Part shown: positions 42,235-53,964 of the stretch, piece by piece | How the letters are laid out: every line of letters begins with the position of its first letter | Numbering within the stretch: the stretch's first letter is position 1 | Source of the DNA: a virus | DNA length: 64,000 nt | Virus record (IMG/VR): IMGVR_UViG_3300025000_000078 | Location: 1 to 64,000 of that record | Strand: one strand, 5' to 3' | Translations under genes and position numbers: made by a program | Notes under the pieces: model-generated | Seen by the model: only the letters and a program-made list of their open reading frames with translations | Told to the model about the DNA's origin: nothing | The model's database searches: none

Positions 42235-45234
42235 TTATTTTTTTTTATTTAATGCTGATGAAAAATCAAATAAATCTTCTTCTTTATCTTCTTTAATTAC
42301 TTTTCTTTCTACTGCATTTCTTTTACCTTTTTTATCTATATTTAAATCAACACCTTCAAAATCTGTTGATAAACTTTCTTCAGATAATGAATGTTCTAAA
42401 TAGATATCATCAATAAGTCTAATTCTATTACCAACTTCAAATGGATGGTTAAAATAACTTAATTCGTAAGTATCCCTATATCTTATTTTAACTCTTTTAA
42501 ATGTTAAATAATAATTATTAGTATTCTTTTTCTTTTCTATGTTAATGATAATAACAACGTCACTATTTTCAATAACTTCAAAAGCTGAGCCTACATTACC
42601 TCTACCCATGAATCTTGCTAAATCTTCTTTATTAGCCATTAGTGCACTATCTCGTTGGTTCACATAGGTCGTTAATCTATGCAGTTCTCTTAAGAACTTC
42701 CCTAGTTTTCACTAGGATACCAGACTATATCATTATCTCTCGGTATAAGAGATATTTCCCGTTTCGATTTAAGGGATTCTCACCCACTCACTTGAGCCCT
42801 ACTCCTAATGCTTATTTCAAAGCCAAAGGGATAGTCGTTGAACCTTGTTATTAAATATCGTATAAATTACTTATATGTCTCCATGATTTTTTATTTCTTA
42901 TTTTTTTAATTAAATCTATAGTTTTTGGTTTATTTCGTATATCATCATTATGTTTTATTCTATCATATATTTTACCCTGACTTAAACCTTGTTTGTGTAA
43001 TAAACATATCTGATGAACTGTTTCTTCATTATAAACATTTAATACACTATTAATCCCTCTAGGATTCCATAATCCAATTTTTATAGCATGTACATTATTT
43101 TCTGAAGGAGTTACCCATTCAAGATTTTGATAATAATTATTATTTTTAAAACCATCTTTATGATTAACAAATATTTTATATTTAGAATTAGGAAAATCTA
43201 AAAAATGTTTGGCTACTAATTTATGAATTGATTGATTTATAAAAGTAGCTTTATTTCTATATAAAGAAACTTTTAAATAACCATTTGGTCTCTTTTGAGG
43301 TTTTAAAATCTTATTTGATGTTTTAGAATAAACTCTACCATAATTACTTAAAAGATAATCTGGGAAAAGAGGCATCTGTTTCCATTCTTCATTAATAATT
43401 ATTTGTATAAGTAATTTATTCATTTTTATTTTTTCACCCCTTTATTTTATACGATTTTATTTTGAGTTTAAATATTTTTATACGATATTTAATAACCTTG
43501 GCTGCGGATCACTCAATCCTAAACATTATTACCATACCTAAGACATTATTCTTAGCCACTAAAATATTTCTATTCTAGTTTGGTAGCTTAGACTATAAGA
43601 GATTTCCCGCAATTAGAGAAATTTTCATATGATATTTCTACCATATGCCGCATATAATTTACGGCTATTGCGCCAGTTCTATTTAATTGCTTTATTTTCA
43701 TACTATTCGTTAAATAGCACAGTTCTCTTATGAACTTCCCTAAGTTTCCTTAGGATAAAAGACTATATCATTATCTCTTATTTAAAGAGATACTTTCCTT
43801 TTCGATTTAAGGGATTCTCACCCACTCACTTGAGCCCTACTCCTATTGTGTATTTCAACACCTATGGGATAGTCGTTGAACCTTTCTCTAATAGTTTATT
43901 AGAGACTTGGCTGCGGATTACTCAATCTTTTTATTGTATAATAAAAAGCTCTAAGAGCTTCCCCGACAGTTAAAAAAGTTTTTCATTATAAATCACTTTA
44001 TAATGCCACCTATAAATTGATGGGCTGTAATAACAGGTATATCTTTATCAACAGCTAAATTCTTTAATTCATTAGTTACATTTTTTAACTCTTCTTTTTC
44101 ATCTTTAGCTTTTTCATATGGTCTAATTCTTTTAATATAATCTAAAATTAAAGCTATTACTTCTTTACCATCATCAGATAATTCATCTATTATTGTATAT
44201 AAATCAGCAGTTGATATTTCTCTATTAGGATAATATTTAATGATAATGTCAATATCATTATCATCAGATAAAATTAATTCTCCATCTTCTTTTAATTTCT
44301 TTATTACCTGTTTAGCAGTAAAACTTCTAATATCATCTGAAGTTACTGTCATATTAAATAGTCTTTCAACACTCTCCTGGACTGTATTTTCAGCTGTTAC
44401 TAATAATACACAAGGTTTCTTACCAGGTTTTTTAACTTTTATACCTTTATTATATTTCTTTATATCAACTGCTGTTTTTAAAAGAATACCTGATTTAAAA
44501 CCCCCAGGTAAACCTAAATATGTATAAAGACATTTACTCATATATCCAGGAGATAATATATGATTTAATTTTTGTATACCAGTTCTTAATATACGAGCAG
44601 GGTCTTTTAACTCATTGACTATATCAGTAACAACATCTTTAAATACATCTTCTTCCAAACTAAAAGTTTGTGTATTATCAACAGTTGAAACTTTCCTTGT
44701 GTGATTTAATATTTTACTACAAATTTCAGTTAATTCATCATTAACTTCTTGAAAGCTATTATACTCCCCACTGTCAAGACGTTCAATACTTTCGTATAGT
44801 CTATCTTTATAATTAAATAAATAAGCATATTTAAGTCTATCTACAATAGCTTTATTAATATATTTAATTTCTTCATAATTTATCTTCTTATATATGATTA
44901 GAGATTTTATTATTTCTTCTATTTCTTTATTGAAAGTATCAGTTCTACAATAATTAACTATTGCATCTTCATTCTCAAATCCTCTATCTAAACGAGCTTC
45001 TAAAGCTCTTTTAATAAAGTACGTTCTTGATTCTATTTTTTCATTTCCTTCATAAATTCTTTCATCTATAATCTCAAATAAATTCTTTAAATTAGTTAAA
45101 GATTTTCTTGATACTTGTGAAGAATTCTTAAATATAAAACCTATTAACATATTTAACATACTAATATCAAATTTTAGGCTTATTTTCTTTACTTCATTCT
45201 CAACCACCTTAAATAATTTTCTTTTACTTACCAA
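42235..45234 (-). CDS. dnaB: DnaB-like replicative helicase; spliced from three exons (45234-44020, 43689-43661, 42652-42235; about 553 aa)
   Basis: GLPGGFKS, ILDYI; splicing gives IPVITAH-QLNRTGAIAV-DSALM (motif H3 xQLNR); exon 3 has SAFEVIENSD. Confidence 0.9.
42653..43660 (-). mobile_element. Group I intron 2 of dnaB, with HNH ORF
   Basis: P1 GCCGU/GCGGC; P AATTGCGGGAAA; Q, R and S elements; terminal G at 42653. Confidence 0.9.
42851..43423 (-). CDS. Intron-encoded NUMOD4/HNH homing endonuclease
   Basis: EEWK...YLLSNYGRV, HKLVAKHF, VNHKDGFKNNNYYQNLEWVTPSENN. Confidence 0.9.
   Translation of the reverse strand: MNKLLIQIIINEEWKQMPLFPDYLLSNYGRVYSKTSNKILKPQKRPNGYLKVSLYRNKATFINQSIHKLVAKHFLDFPNSKYKIFVNHKDGFKNNNYYQNLEWVTPSENNVHAIKIGLWNPRGINSVLNVYNEETVHQICLLHKQGLSQGKIYDRIKHNDDIRNKPKTIDLIKKIRNKKSWRHISNLYDI
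43690..44019 (-). ncRNA. ORF-less group I intron 1 of dnaB (330 nt)
   Basis: P1 CCAU/GUGG; Q, R and S elements; terminal G at 43690. Confidence 0.9.
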
Positions 45235-46435
45235 AGGAAGTCCTCCTCTGTATCTGTTGATATAAGTAATATCTAATTTTATCTACTGTAATGTCCTTAT
45301 TATATTTTATTTTTATAAATTTAGATATTTTTTCCTCTGGACAAATATTCTTATTAAAAATAAACCCATATTTCTCTAATAATAAATTTATTTTTTCTTC
45401 TGTTTCTTTTTTTTGTCTTAATTTATTATTATTATTAATAATAACTTTTACATTTGTATACTTATTAAATACTTCATTTACCATATTAGTGAATAATAAA
45501 GTATTAGGAAAATCTTCTGGTATATTAATTATTAACCTAATATAATCTATTAAAAAATTATTGACCAAATCTATTAAATAATCTATTTGATCTTTTTCAT
45601 TATTATTAAAAAAAGATTTATTATTATAATCTATAGTAATAGTATCATATCTTTTAGCTAGTTTATTGACTATAAATTCTGTATTATAATTTTTAGTATC
45701 AGATGAATAAGAGAATAGATAAAAACCCTTATCATTTTCTTCCCCATAACACCATCTTGAAAAAGAACCAGTATAATATATACAGTCTTTTATTATTTGT
45801 GATTCATGTATATGACCAAATATTATTAATCCATCAGTTATATTTAATAAAACATCTGAATTAAATATAGGGGCTTTACTCATAGTCATTTCACTTTCTT
45901 GTTTATTGGCAACAAATACTACTTCACCAAATAAACCATGACCAAATATCATATCATATCTAGAACTAAAATATTCTTTATAATATTCCTCTTTATTTTC
46001 TATATATTCCTCTGGTATATATAAAACTTTTAAATCATCAAATAATAATTCACTTTCAACACTATATATGATTTTAAAATCATATTTACTATTTTTAGTA
46101 TATATTTCTAAAGTCTCTAATTGTTTATTATCATGAGACTCAGTTCCTTTTATTAATCTAACTTTAATATTTTTTTTATATGAAATTTCTAATAACCTAA
46201 AAATAAATTGTAAAGCATATTTAGCATGATCTGAATTCATTGAAATCTTTGTATTAAAAAAATCCCCCACTATAATTATAAAGTCTATTACTTTTAATTT
46301 TTCAATATAATCTAAAAACCCTTCTTGTAATTCATAATATAAATCTTTTGATTTAATAGATGAACCAAAATGTATATCACCTATAGAAATTCCAACATAT
46401 AATTTATTATTCAAGTATATTCCCCCATTCATCAT
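45224..46435 (-). CDS. SbcD/Mre11-like metallophosphoesterase nuclease
   Basis: GDIHFG, VGDFF, GTESHD, GHG, GHIH, YTGSF. Confidence 0.8.
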   Translation of the reverse strand: MMNGGIYLNNKLYVGISIGDIHFGSSIKSKDLYYELQEGFLDYIEKLKVIDFIIIVGDFFNTKISMNSDHAKYALQFIFRLLEISYKKNIKVRLIKGTESHDNKQLETLEIYTKNSKYDFKIIYSVESELLFDDLKVLYIPEEYIENKEEYYKEYFSSRYDMIFGHGLFGEVVFVANKQESEMTMSKAPIFNSDVLLNITDGLIIFGHIHESQIIKDCIYYTGSFSRWCYGEENDKGFYLFSYSSDTKNYNTEFIVNKLAKRYDTITIDYNNKSFFNNNEKDQIDYLIDLVNNFLIDYIRLIINIPEDFPNTLLFTNMVNEVFNKYTNVKVIINNNNKLRQKKETEEKINLLLEKYGFIFNKNICPEEKISKFIKIKYNKDITVDKIRYYLYQQIQRRTSFGK

Positions 46436-47084
46436 TATGATTTAGATCATACCATAAATGGAATAAACTTAATAAATTTTTAAAAACTTCTATATATTTA
46501 TTTATTTTACCTCTTGTAAAAATTCTTTCCTTATATCCAGAATTATTAATAATTAAAATTCCTACATTATCAACTTCTAACCCTTTTTCTTCAATTAATA
46601 TACAATAACCAGCTAATTGTAAGAACATTGTTGAATAAAAATCTTTAGAAGTTTTAAAATCAAGTATTGTTAATTTATTATCTATTTTACCATAAAAATC
46701 TATAGTTCCTCCAAATTTCTCTGATGTTAAGGATTCTTCCAGATATATTGGTTTTATTGTATGTAATTCTCTCCATATATTAAATGCTTTAATATGTAAA
46801 AAATTAGAATTTAACACATGATATAAGTTACTATATTTTTTGTTAATTAAGTCTTTATCAATTAATTGATTAGATAAAATACAATTAATAATGTAATGAA
46901 CTAAAGTACCAATATTTGAATAATCTTGTAAAACTAATTCATAATTTTGTCTTTTAAATCCTAGATAATTAACCCATTTTAATAACTTAGGTTTATTCAA
47001 TAATTGTAAAATTGTAGTAACACTTGGTACTTCTATATTTTTATCATTTATATAAATAGTATGATTTTTATTATATTTACCCAT
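46407..47084 (-). CDS. PD-(D/E)xK exonuclease-like protein
   Basis: PSVTTIL, GTLVH, GTIDF...LDFKTS, QLAGY. Confidence 0.8.
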   Translation of the reverse strand: MGKYNKNHTIYINDKNIEVPSVTTILQLLNKPKLLKWVNYLGFKRQNYELVLQDYSNIGTLVHYIINCILSNQLIDKDLINKKYSNLYHVLNSNFLHIKAFNIWRELHTIKPIYLEESLTSEKFGGTIDFYGKIDNKLTILDFKTSKDFYSTMFLQLAGYCILIEEKGLEVDNVGILIINNSGYKERIFTRGKINKYIEVFKNLLSLFHLWYDLNHNDEWGNILE

Positions 47085-47201
47085 ATTTTAGTCAATCCTT
47101 TCTAATAATTTTCTTTATCTAATAGTTTACTTAAAAATAATTTATGAAAAAATGTATTTATAAAACATACTAATAAATATAAACGAAAAGGATGTGATTT
47201 T

Positions 47202-48149
47202 TTGGCTTTTAAATCGTTAGAAGATACCTTTATTTATAAAAATTTAAATAAAGGTGATATCATATCACATAATATTAGTAAAATTTTTAAAGAAGGTTTA
47301 ATACTTGAGCAAAGAAATTTAGAAGAAGCATTTATTATCATTAATAAAAATTTTAAGTTCCCATTAAAATATAAGGTGATTGAAGATTTTCAAAAAGGTG
47401 GATTAGTTTTAATGTATTCCCCCCCTCATGTTAAATTACCAACATCAATGCCGTTCTTTTTAACAAGAAACTCTAAAGATGAAATAGTTGCAATAATATT
47501 GGTTGATTTATATGGAAGTATGAATAAAGAAACTAGAAATGTTAATATAGATGTTAAAAAATTATATTGTATTATGGAATCAGCTTATATAGCTAAATTA
47601 TGTTTTTTAAATGCTAATACTATTAATGTATCTAGTACTGTAATGACATATGGTTCTATAATATATGCAAATATGTTTACTAGAGTTTTAAATAAAAAAT
47701 ATGCTTTAAATGTAGATAGAAATAAATTTAATAAAGTTATTTTCTTATCTAGTAAATTCTTTTTGATTAATATATTAAATAGACAGGACTCTGAAATGAT
47801 TTTCAATTATTGTTTAAAAAATTGTGTTGAAGGTAATAAATTCATTCTTAATGAAGTTAATGACATGTTTAAAGATGAATATTTTACTGATTTATCATCA
47901 TTTATTAATGGATTATCTATTATACCGGAATTAGGAATGAATTTTAAAGATTTATCTGTTAGAAATTATCTCGAAGCGTTTATTAATATGTATGACGGTT
48001 CAGCTTTACTAGCATTAGAATCTTTTCCTTATTTTATGTATAATGTATTGGCTGTAATTAATGGAGCCTATTTAAATAATCAATATATATTAGAAGATAT
48101 TGTACAAACTAATGGTACTAAGTTATATCAATATTTTTTAAATTTATAG
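47202..48149 (+). CDS. Putative virion structural protein
   Basis: AACA-N6-TA at 47164-47175; heads the structural operon. Confidence 0.55.
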   Translation: MAFKSLEDTFIYKNLNKGDIISHNISKIFKEGLILEQRNLEEAFIIINKNFKFPLKYKVIEDFQKGGLVLMYSPPHVKLPTSMPFFLTRNSKDEIVAIILVDLYGSMNKETRNVNIDVKKLYCIMESAYIAKLCFLNANTINVSSTVMTYGSIIYANMFTRVLNKKYALNVDRNKFNKVIFLSSKFFLINILNRQDSEMIFNYCLKNCVEGNKFILNEVNDMFKDEYFTDLSSFINGLSIIPELGMNFKDLSVRNYLEAFINMYDGSALLALESFPYFMYNVLAVINGAYLNNQYILEDIVQTNGTKLYQYFLNL

Positions 48150-48176
48150 AAAACTTTAATTGGAGGTTGATAAATA

Positions 48177-50093
48177 GTGTCAGTCAAAAAACGTATTCTA
48201 CATCGTAGAGACTCTACTTTAAATTGGGAAACAGTCAATCCTATATTGGATAAAGGTGAATTTGGTGTAGAGGAGATAGGAAATGATAAACTTAAAATTA
48301 AATTAGGTAACGGTGTTTCTAGTTGGGATTTATTACCGTATATTAATGATGAAGATTTGGAACAAGTTATAGAATCTTTAACTTTATTAATAAATAATCT
48401 AGCAGGTTCCGGTAGAACTACTGAAACGGTTAAACAAAATTCTACTGATTTATCAAATCATATTAATGATAATATTCCTCATGGTTCAACATCTGATGCG
48501 ACACCCGATACTATTATATTAAGGAATAGTTTGGGTAGAGCTAAAGTATCACCACCTAATGCAATAGATGACATTGCTAGGTTAGATACTGTTAATAATG
48601 CAATTTCATCATTAGTTAATTCAGCTCCCCAAGTATTAGATACATTGAATGAAATAGCTATTGCGTTAGGAAATGATCCAAATTTTAGTACAACAATGAT
48701 TAATGCGTTAGCTAATAAATTAGCAATAAGTGATTTTAATGTTCATTTATTAGATTATGTTAAACAAATCCCATATGCTGTAACTTCAGGTTCAGATAAT
48801 AATTATTCTATAAATCTTAATCCGGCCCCAATATCTTATGTAGATGGTATGGCTGTAGCAGTTAAAATAAATATCAATAGTACTGGTAGTTCTACTCTAA
48901 ATGTAAATAACTTAGGTGCAAAAACGATTAAAGATTCTTTAGGTAATGATATAATTTCAGATGGGTTAAAACAAGATATTATTTATTCCTTACGGTATAA
49001 TTTAACAAATCAGACTTTTATTGTACAGGGTAAAGGAGGTGGTGGAACAGCTAACGCCGATGATTTATATATAGGGACTACTGCAACTAATGATAGTGGA
49101 TTAATAATAGGTACTAATAAATATAAAATTGGTGCATTTATAGATATGGGTAATTTACAACAAAATATCAGAGAAATATGGTCACTTACTGATGGTAATT
49201 ATGCTCGTTCTATTGCAATTGACAGTTCTGGGAATGTATATGTTGGATATTATGATGTGATAGGTAATAAAACTGTTCGTAAATTAAATAGTTCTGGTGA
49301 AGAAATATGGTCACTTACTGATGGTAAGTATGCTACTTCTATTGCAGTTGACAGTTCTGGTAATGTATATGTGGCATATTATGATGTGATAGGTAATAAA
49401 ACTGTTCGTAAATTAAATAGTTCTGGTGAAGAAATATGGTCACTTACTGATGGTAATTATGCTCGTTCTATTGCAATTGACAGTTCTGGGAATGTATATG
49501 TGGCATATAAAGATATGGGGGGTAATAAAACTGTTCGTAAATTAAATAGTTCTGGTGAAGAAATATGGTCACTTACTGATAGTAGTTTTGCTACTTCTAT
49601 TGCAATTGACAGTTCTGAGAATGTATATGTGGCATATGATGGAAATATAACTGGTAGTGATAAGTCTGTTCGTAAATTAAATAGTTCTGGTGGAGAAATA
49701 TGGTCACTTACTGATGTTAATCATGCTCAGTCTATTGCAATTGACAGTTCTGGGAATGTATATGTTGGATATTATGAAAATTCAAGTGGTAAACAAGTTC
49801 GTAAATTAAATAGTTCTGGTGGAGAAATATGGTCACTTACTGATATTGGAGAGGTTAATCATATTCAAGTTGACAGTTCTGGAAATATATATGTGGGATA
49901 TAGTGAAATGGAGGGTAATAAAATTGTTTGTAAATTAAATAGTTCTGGTGTAGAAATATGGTCACTTACTGATGGTAATTATGCTCGTTCTATTGCAGTT
50001 GACAGTTCTGAAAATATATATGTGGCATATAGTGTTTCGGCAAGTAATAAGAATATTCGTAAATTATTCTATGGATATCAAATAATTTCTTAA
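48177..50093 (+). CDS. Tail fibre/receptor-binding protein with C-terminal seven-blade beta-propeller
   Basis: N-terminal NW...NPIL.KGE.G...K.G.G; LDTLNEIAIALGNDPNF fibre motif; 7 repeats of about 43 aa. Confidence 0.85.
   Translation: MSVKKRILHRRDSTLNWETVNPILDKGEFGVEEIGNDKLKIKLGNGVSSWDLLPYINDEDLEQVIESLTLLINNLAGSGRTTETVKQNSTDLSNHINDNIPHGSTSDATPDTIILRNSLGRAKVSPPNAIDDIARLDTVNNAISSLVNSAPQVLDTLNEIAIALGNDPNFSTTMINALANKLAISDFNVHLLDYVKQIPYAVTSGSDNNYSINLNPAPISYVDGMAVAVKININSTGSSTLNVNNLGAKTIKDSLGNDIISDGLKQDIIYSLRYNLTNQTFIVQGKGGGGTANADDLYIGTTATNDSGLIIGTNKYKIGAFIDMGNLQQNIREIWSLTDGNYARSIAIDSSGNVYVGYYDVIGNKTVRKLNSSGEEIWSLTDGKYATSIAVDSSGNVYVAYYDVIGNKTVRKLNSSGEEIWSLTDGNYARSIAIDSSGNVYVAYKDMGGNKTVRKLNSSGEEIWSLTDSSFATSIAIDSSENVYVAYDGNITGSDKSVRKLNSSGGEIWSLTDVNHAQSIAIDSSGNVYVGYYENSSGKQVRKLNSSGGEIWSLTDIGEVNHIQVDSSGNIYVGYSEMEGNKIVCKLNSSGVEIWSLTDGNYARSIAVDSSENIYVAYSVSASNKNIRKLFYGYQIIS
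49170..50065 (+). repeat. Seven near-identical repeats of about 129 bp (propeller blades)
   Basis: gaaatatggtcacttactgat recurs seven times. Confidence 0.85.
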
Positions 50094-50153
50094 TAAAACT
50101 AAATTAATTATATTAAATATTTTTTATTTAATAAAGGAGGGAATTAATAAATT

Positions 50154-50384
50154 ATGATAGGTAAAGAAATTCAAATACCATCAGTTCAAAATGTTAAATT
50201 AGATGATGGTTCATATGTAACAGTATTACCAGTTAATACTTCTAATGAAGTTCTTATTGATAATAGTTCAAATGTAATATCATTAACTCAAGCATTAGAT
50301 ATAAGGAAAACACAAATTGGAGTTGATGAAAATAATAAACCTATTTATGATATAGAGATGATTATTGACGGTGGAGGAGCTTAA
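50154..50384 (+). CDS. Small hypothetical protein
   Basis: AGGAGG RBS; ends in IDGG. Confidence 0.55.
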   Translation: MIGKEIQIPSVQNVKLDDGSYVTVLPVNTSNEVLIDNSSNVISLTQALDIRKTQIGVDENNKPIYDIEMIIDGGGA

Positions 50385-50404
50385 TTAATAACTTATGATA
50401 AGGG

Positions 50405-51187
50405 GTGTTTTGTATTATGCATATGGTAAACGATTGGTTCTTAGATGTTGGACATGGTGGAATAGATTCTGGAGCAATAAATGCATATATTAAAGAAAAA
50501 GATATAAATTTAATAGTCGGACTTGAAATTGGTAAGATACTTCAATTAAATGGTCAAAATGTTAAATATTCTAGAACTACCGATGTCTCTGTTGATTTAA
50601 ATAATAGAGCACCAATGGCTAATTCATGGGGAGCTGATTATTTTGTTTCAATACATCATAATGCGGGTGGTGGTAATGGCTTAGAAATAATCCATTCCAT
50701 TCATGGTGGAGTTGGAAAAAATTTAGCTGAGTTCATGGCTCCTATTGTATCAAAAGGAACTGGACAAAATATTCGTAGGGTATATTCAAAAAAAGGTAAT
50801 AGTGGAAATGATTATTATGCTGTTATTCGGGATTCAAAAATGCCCGCAATTATTATCGAATATGGTTTTATAGATAATCCTGAAGATTATAAATTATTTG
50901 ATACTAAACCAGAATTATTACTTGAAGCTAAATATATAGCTACTGCTTGTCTTAATTTCATCGGAATTACTAATATTAAATATGGTGATGAAATTCCAAT
51001 ACCCGAAGTAATTAAAAAGAGTAAATATTTTTCAGATATTCCGGATAATCATTGGTCTATTGACAATCTTGATAGAGCTAAAGAAATCGGTCTTATTTTT
51101 GGAACAGGTAGTGGTAAGATTGGTTTTTCCGAAGAATTAGCAAGAACAATAACATTTATACTTAGAGGAATTGATCTCAAAAAATAA
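50405..51187 (+). CDS. N-acetylmuramoyl-L-alanine amidase (Amidase_3) endolysin with SLH-like C-terminus
   Basis: LDVGHGGIDSGA, EKDINL, VSIHHNA, IIIEYGFIDN; FSDIPDNHW...GLIFG. Confidence 0.88.
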   Translation: MFCIMHMVNDWFLDVGHGGIDSGAINAYIKEKDINLIVGLEIGKILQLNGQNVKYSRTTDVSVDLNNRAPMANSWGADYFVSIHHNAGGGNGLEIIHSIHGGVGKNLAEFMAPIVSKGTGQNIRRVYSKKGNSGNDYYAVIRDSKMPAIIIEYGFIDNPEDYKLFDTKPELLLEAKYIATACLNFIGITNIKYGDEIPIPEVIKKSKYFSDIPDNHWSIDNLDRAKEIGLIFGTGSGKIGFSEELARTITFILRGIDLKK

Positions 51188-51288
51188 TAAATATAATAGG
51201 TTGATTTTTTGTTATCAACCTATTATATTTTTTTATCATACAATCAAAAACTATTATATAAAGAGTTTTTAAAAGGAGTGATATATAG

Positions 51289-53907
51289 ATGATGGATACA
51301 TTACAATTAATTTATAATAAAAATACTATAAATTTACAAGCTATTGAAAAAACTTTAATTGAAATAAAACAAAATTCTTTTAATTATTTATATAAAATGC
51401 AATTAGATTTAACCGGTTATAAAAGATTTAATTTAAAGATGAATGATTTAAAATTAATAAATAATATTAATAAAACACTTAGTTATTATCCTAAAAAATA
51501 TGTTGCTTTTATTAAAGAAGATTTTATTGATGAAAAAAATAAATTAATGTATAAAAGGTCTCAATACTTTAATAAAGAATTATCAATTTTTGATGTATCT
51601 AATAATTCAAAACTTTTTACTAAATCATTCATGGTATTTATTGATGGTAAATTTTTTGATACTATTAATATTTTATGTAAAGGAGATACAACATATATTA
51701 TTTTTGATATAGTTTCAGATAATAACTTAACAGGTATACCATATGACTATTTTAACCAATTAATGAGTTTAAATGCTGATATAAGTGTTATATTTATGCC
51801 TAATTGTGAATATGGAATATATAATACAAATATTAATGTTTTACAAAAATATTCAAATCAATTATCGTTAGATAGATTTAATTTAGTTAATAATTTGGAT
51901 AGTGAAATTAATTATATTACTTTTATTAATGATAATTCTTTATTATTCTCATCTGTTATAACTGATACTGAAAATTCTGAAGGTCTTTTAAAATTTTATG
52001 ATAATACAATTAATGATGTTGAAAATAAGTTAATTCATATTAACGTATTTGGATTTAGACATTTATTAGATCAAATAGATATAATTGGTACTGAAAGATA
52101 CTTTCAGATCCCAATTCAAGATATGCCACTTCCAATAGAAAATATAATGATTTTTAGAAATATTGATGGTAAAAAATATTTTGCTCATGATATTCAATTG
52201 AAAATGTATTATCCAAATATATATGAAGTTATTAATAATATTAATGATGATAATTTAACATTTTATATATTTTATTCAAATGATACTTTCATTGTAAATG
52301 AAAAATATGAAAATGAGTTGGAGATTTATTATAAATATGTAACTAATATTTTGGAAAAATACAATGATTTATCTATTCCTGAAATTATTAAAACATATGA
52401 ACCTCTTGAATATATATATAGTATAAATGATTTTAAAATAACAGGATTAGATAGTCCTATAGAATATAAAATAAAAACCTTAGAAGATTGGATAAAAATG
52501 AATAATAATATATTTAAATATTATTTAATTAATCAAGTTATGAAATATGATGGATATTATTTAGATGTCTCAAAAATTGATTTGTCCTCTAGATACAGAG
52601 AAAATAATCATACTGAAATCGTTGATGAACTTTTAAGAGAAGAATTTATTGAACCAAGATATGTATTTATCTTTAGAAATGAATTTAGTTCAGAATATTA
52701 TAATCTAAGATTTTTTATTGATGGTAAATTATATTTACAGGATAAGTTTTATAAAACAGAAAAATTTGAATATTTCTATATTCCAGTTTCACTTATTAGT
52801 CAAAATTCTTTAATAGAAGTAGAAAAATTAAATAAATTTTCTTTAATAAAACAAATAGACATAAACTCAATAGATGATTTTATTTTAGTGGAAATACCTT
52901 TACTTAATTCATTAGAAATTTCAGCCAATGATATATTTATAACTAATGATAATAATGAATATATTAGTAGAGATTTGTTTTCTATATATGTTAAAAATGG
53001 TGATAATGATTATGTTGAAATAATAAATAATTCATTTATATCGACAAATATTTTTTTTATTAAATTAAAAGATGATATTTTATTATCACAAAATATGTCA
53101 TTATATATAATGAAAACAAATATGATGTTTTCATGGGATATAATAACTGAAGAAAATAGAACTGAATCTTTTACAATAAATTCTAAATTAATAAATGATA
53201 AACGTCACTTTAGGATATTTAAGAACGGGTTTTTATTACCTTTTTATATATATGATATAGATTTTAGTATTTTTAATACAACTAAAGTTAATCTTTTTAT
53301 GACAAAAAATATCGGTGATAATTTTATAATAGATATCACACCATATAAGTATAAATCAGTATATGAACAAAGTGAGATTGATAATAATGGATTTGTCGAT
53401 TTAATAGGAATTCTTGATAAACCACTAGATTTTAAATGGTATGATATTTATTTAAATGGAATAAAATTAAATAAAAATAATGTTCAATTTCTTTCAGCAA
53501 CAAAAATGATTATTAAAAATATACAAACAACTAAAAATCTAGTTATATTAGAGAAAGATAGAGATAATGAAATATTTTCAATAAAAGAAACACCACCGCC
53601 ATTAATAGATAAAGTATTAGGAATAATAGAATTTCGAAACATGATTACTAGTGAAAATGATGATATAATAGATTTACTACCAGATATTATGCAAGATGTA
53701 TTTAGTTTATTTGATGTTGATTTATATAATTTTTACAATCTATATTTAAAATTTATGTTTATAAATCCAGATATTGAACAAATTACTATTGAAATGAAAG
53801 AGCAATTTATAAATCTTTTTAAAGATTCAGATATACTTTTATTAAATCCAGATATTTATTCTAATTCAGAAACTTATTTAGAACTTAATCCTGATATTAT
53901 ATTATAG
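51289..53907 (+). CDS. Large putative virion/baseplate protein
   Basis: 872 aa; repeated VFIDGK/IFKNG/IYLNG beta motifs; structural operon context. Confidence 0.6.
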   Translation: MMDTLQLIYNKNTINLQAIEKTLIEIKQNSFNYLYKMQLDLTGYKRFNLKMNDLKLINNINKTLSYYPKKYVAFIKEDFIDEKNKLMYKRSQYFNKELSIFDVSNNSKLFTKSFMVFIDGKFFDTINILCKGDTTYIIFDIVSDNNLTGIPYDYFNQLMSLNADISVIFMPNCEYGIYNTNINVLQKYSNQLSLDRFNLVNNLDSEINYITFINDNSLLFSSVITDTENSEGLLKFYDNTINDVENKLIHINVFGFRHLLDQIDIIGTERYFQIPIQDMPLPIENIMIFRNIDGKKYFAHDIQLKMYYPNIYEVINNINDDNLTFYIFYSNDTFIVNEKYENELEIYYKYVTNILEKYNDLSIPEIIKTYEPLEYIYSINDFKITGLDSPIEYKIKTLEDWIKMNNNIFKYYLINQVMKYDGYYLDVSKIDLSSRYRENNHTEIVDELLREEFIEPRYVFIFRNEFSSEYYNLRFFIDGKLYLQDKFYKTEKFEYFYIPVSLISQNSLIEVEKLNKFSLIKQIDINSIDDFILVEIPLLNSLEISANDIFITNDNNEYISRDLFSIYVKNGDNDYVEIINNSFISTNIFFIKLKDDILLSQNMSLYIMKTNMMFSWDIITEENRTESFTINSKLINDKRHFRIFKNGFLLPFYIYDIDFSIFNTTKVNLFMTKNIGDNFIIDITPYKYKSVYEQSEIDNNGFVDLIGILDKPLDFKWYDIYLNGIKLNKNNVQFLSATKMIIKNIQTTKNLVILEKDRDNEIFSIKETPPPLIDKVLGIIEFRNMITSENDDIIDLLPDIMQDVFSLFDVDLYNFYNLYLKFMFINPDIEQITIEMKEQFINLFKDSDILLLNPDIYSNSETYLELNPDIIL

Positions 53908-53964
53908 AATAATTTTATCATTCAAAACATTAATATAAAAAAATAAAAAAGAGGTGATTGATTA

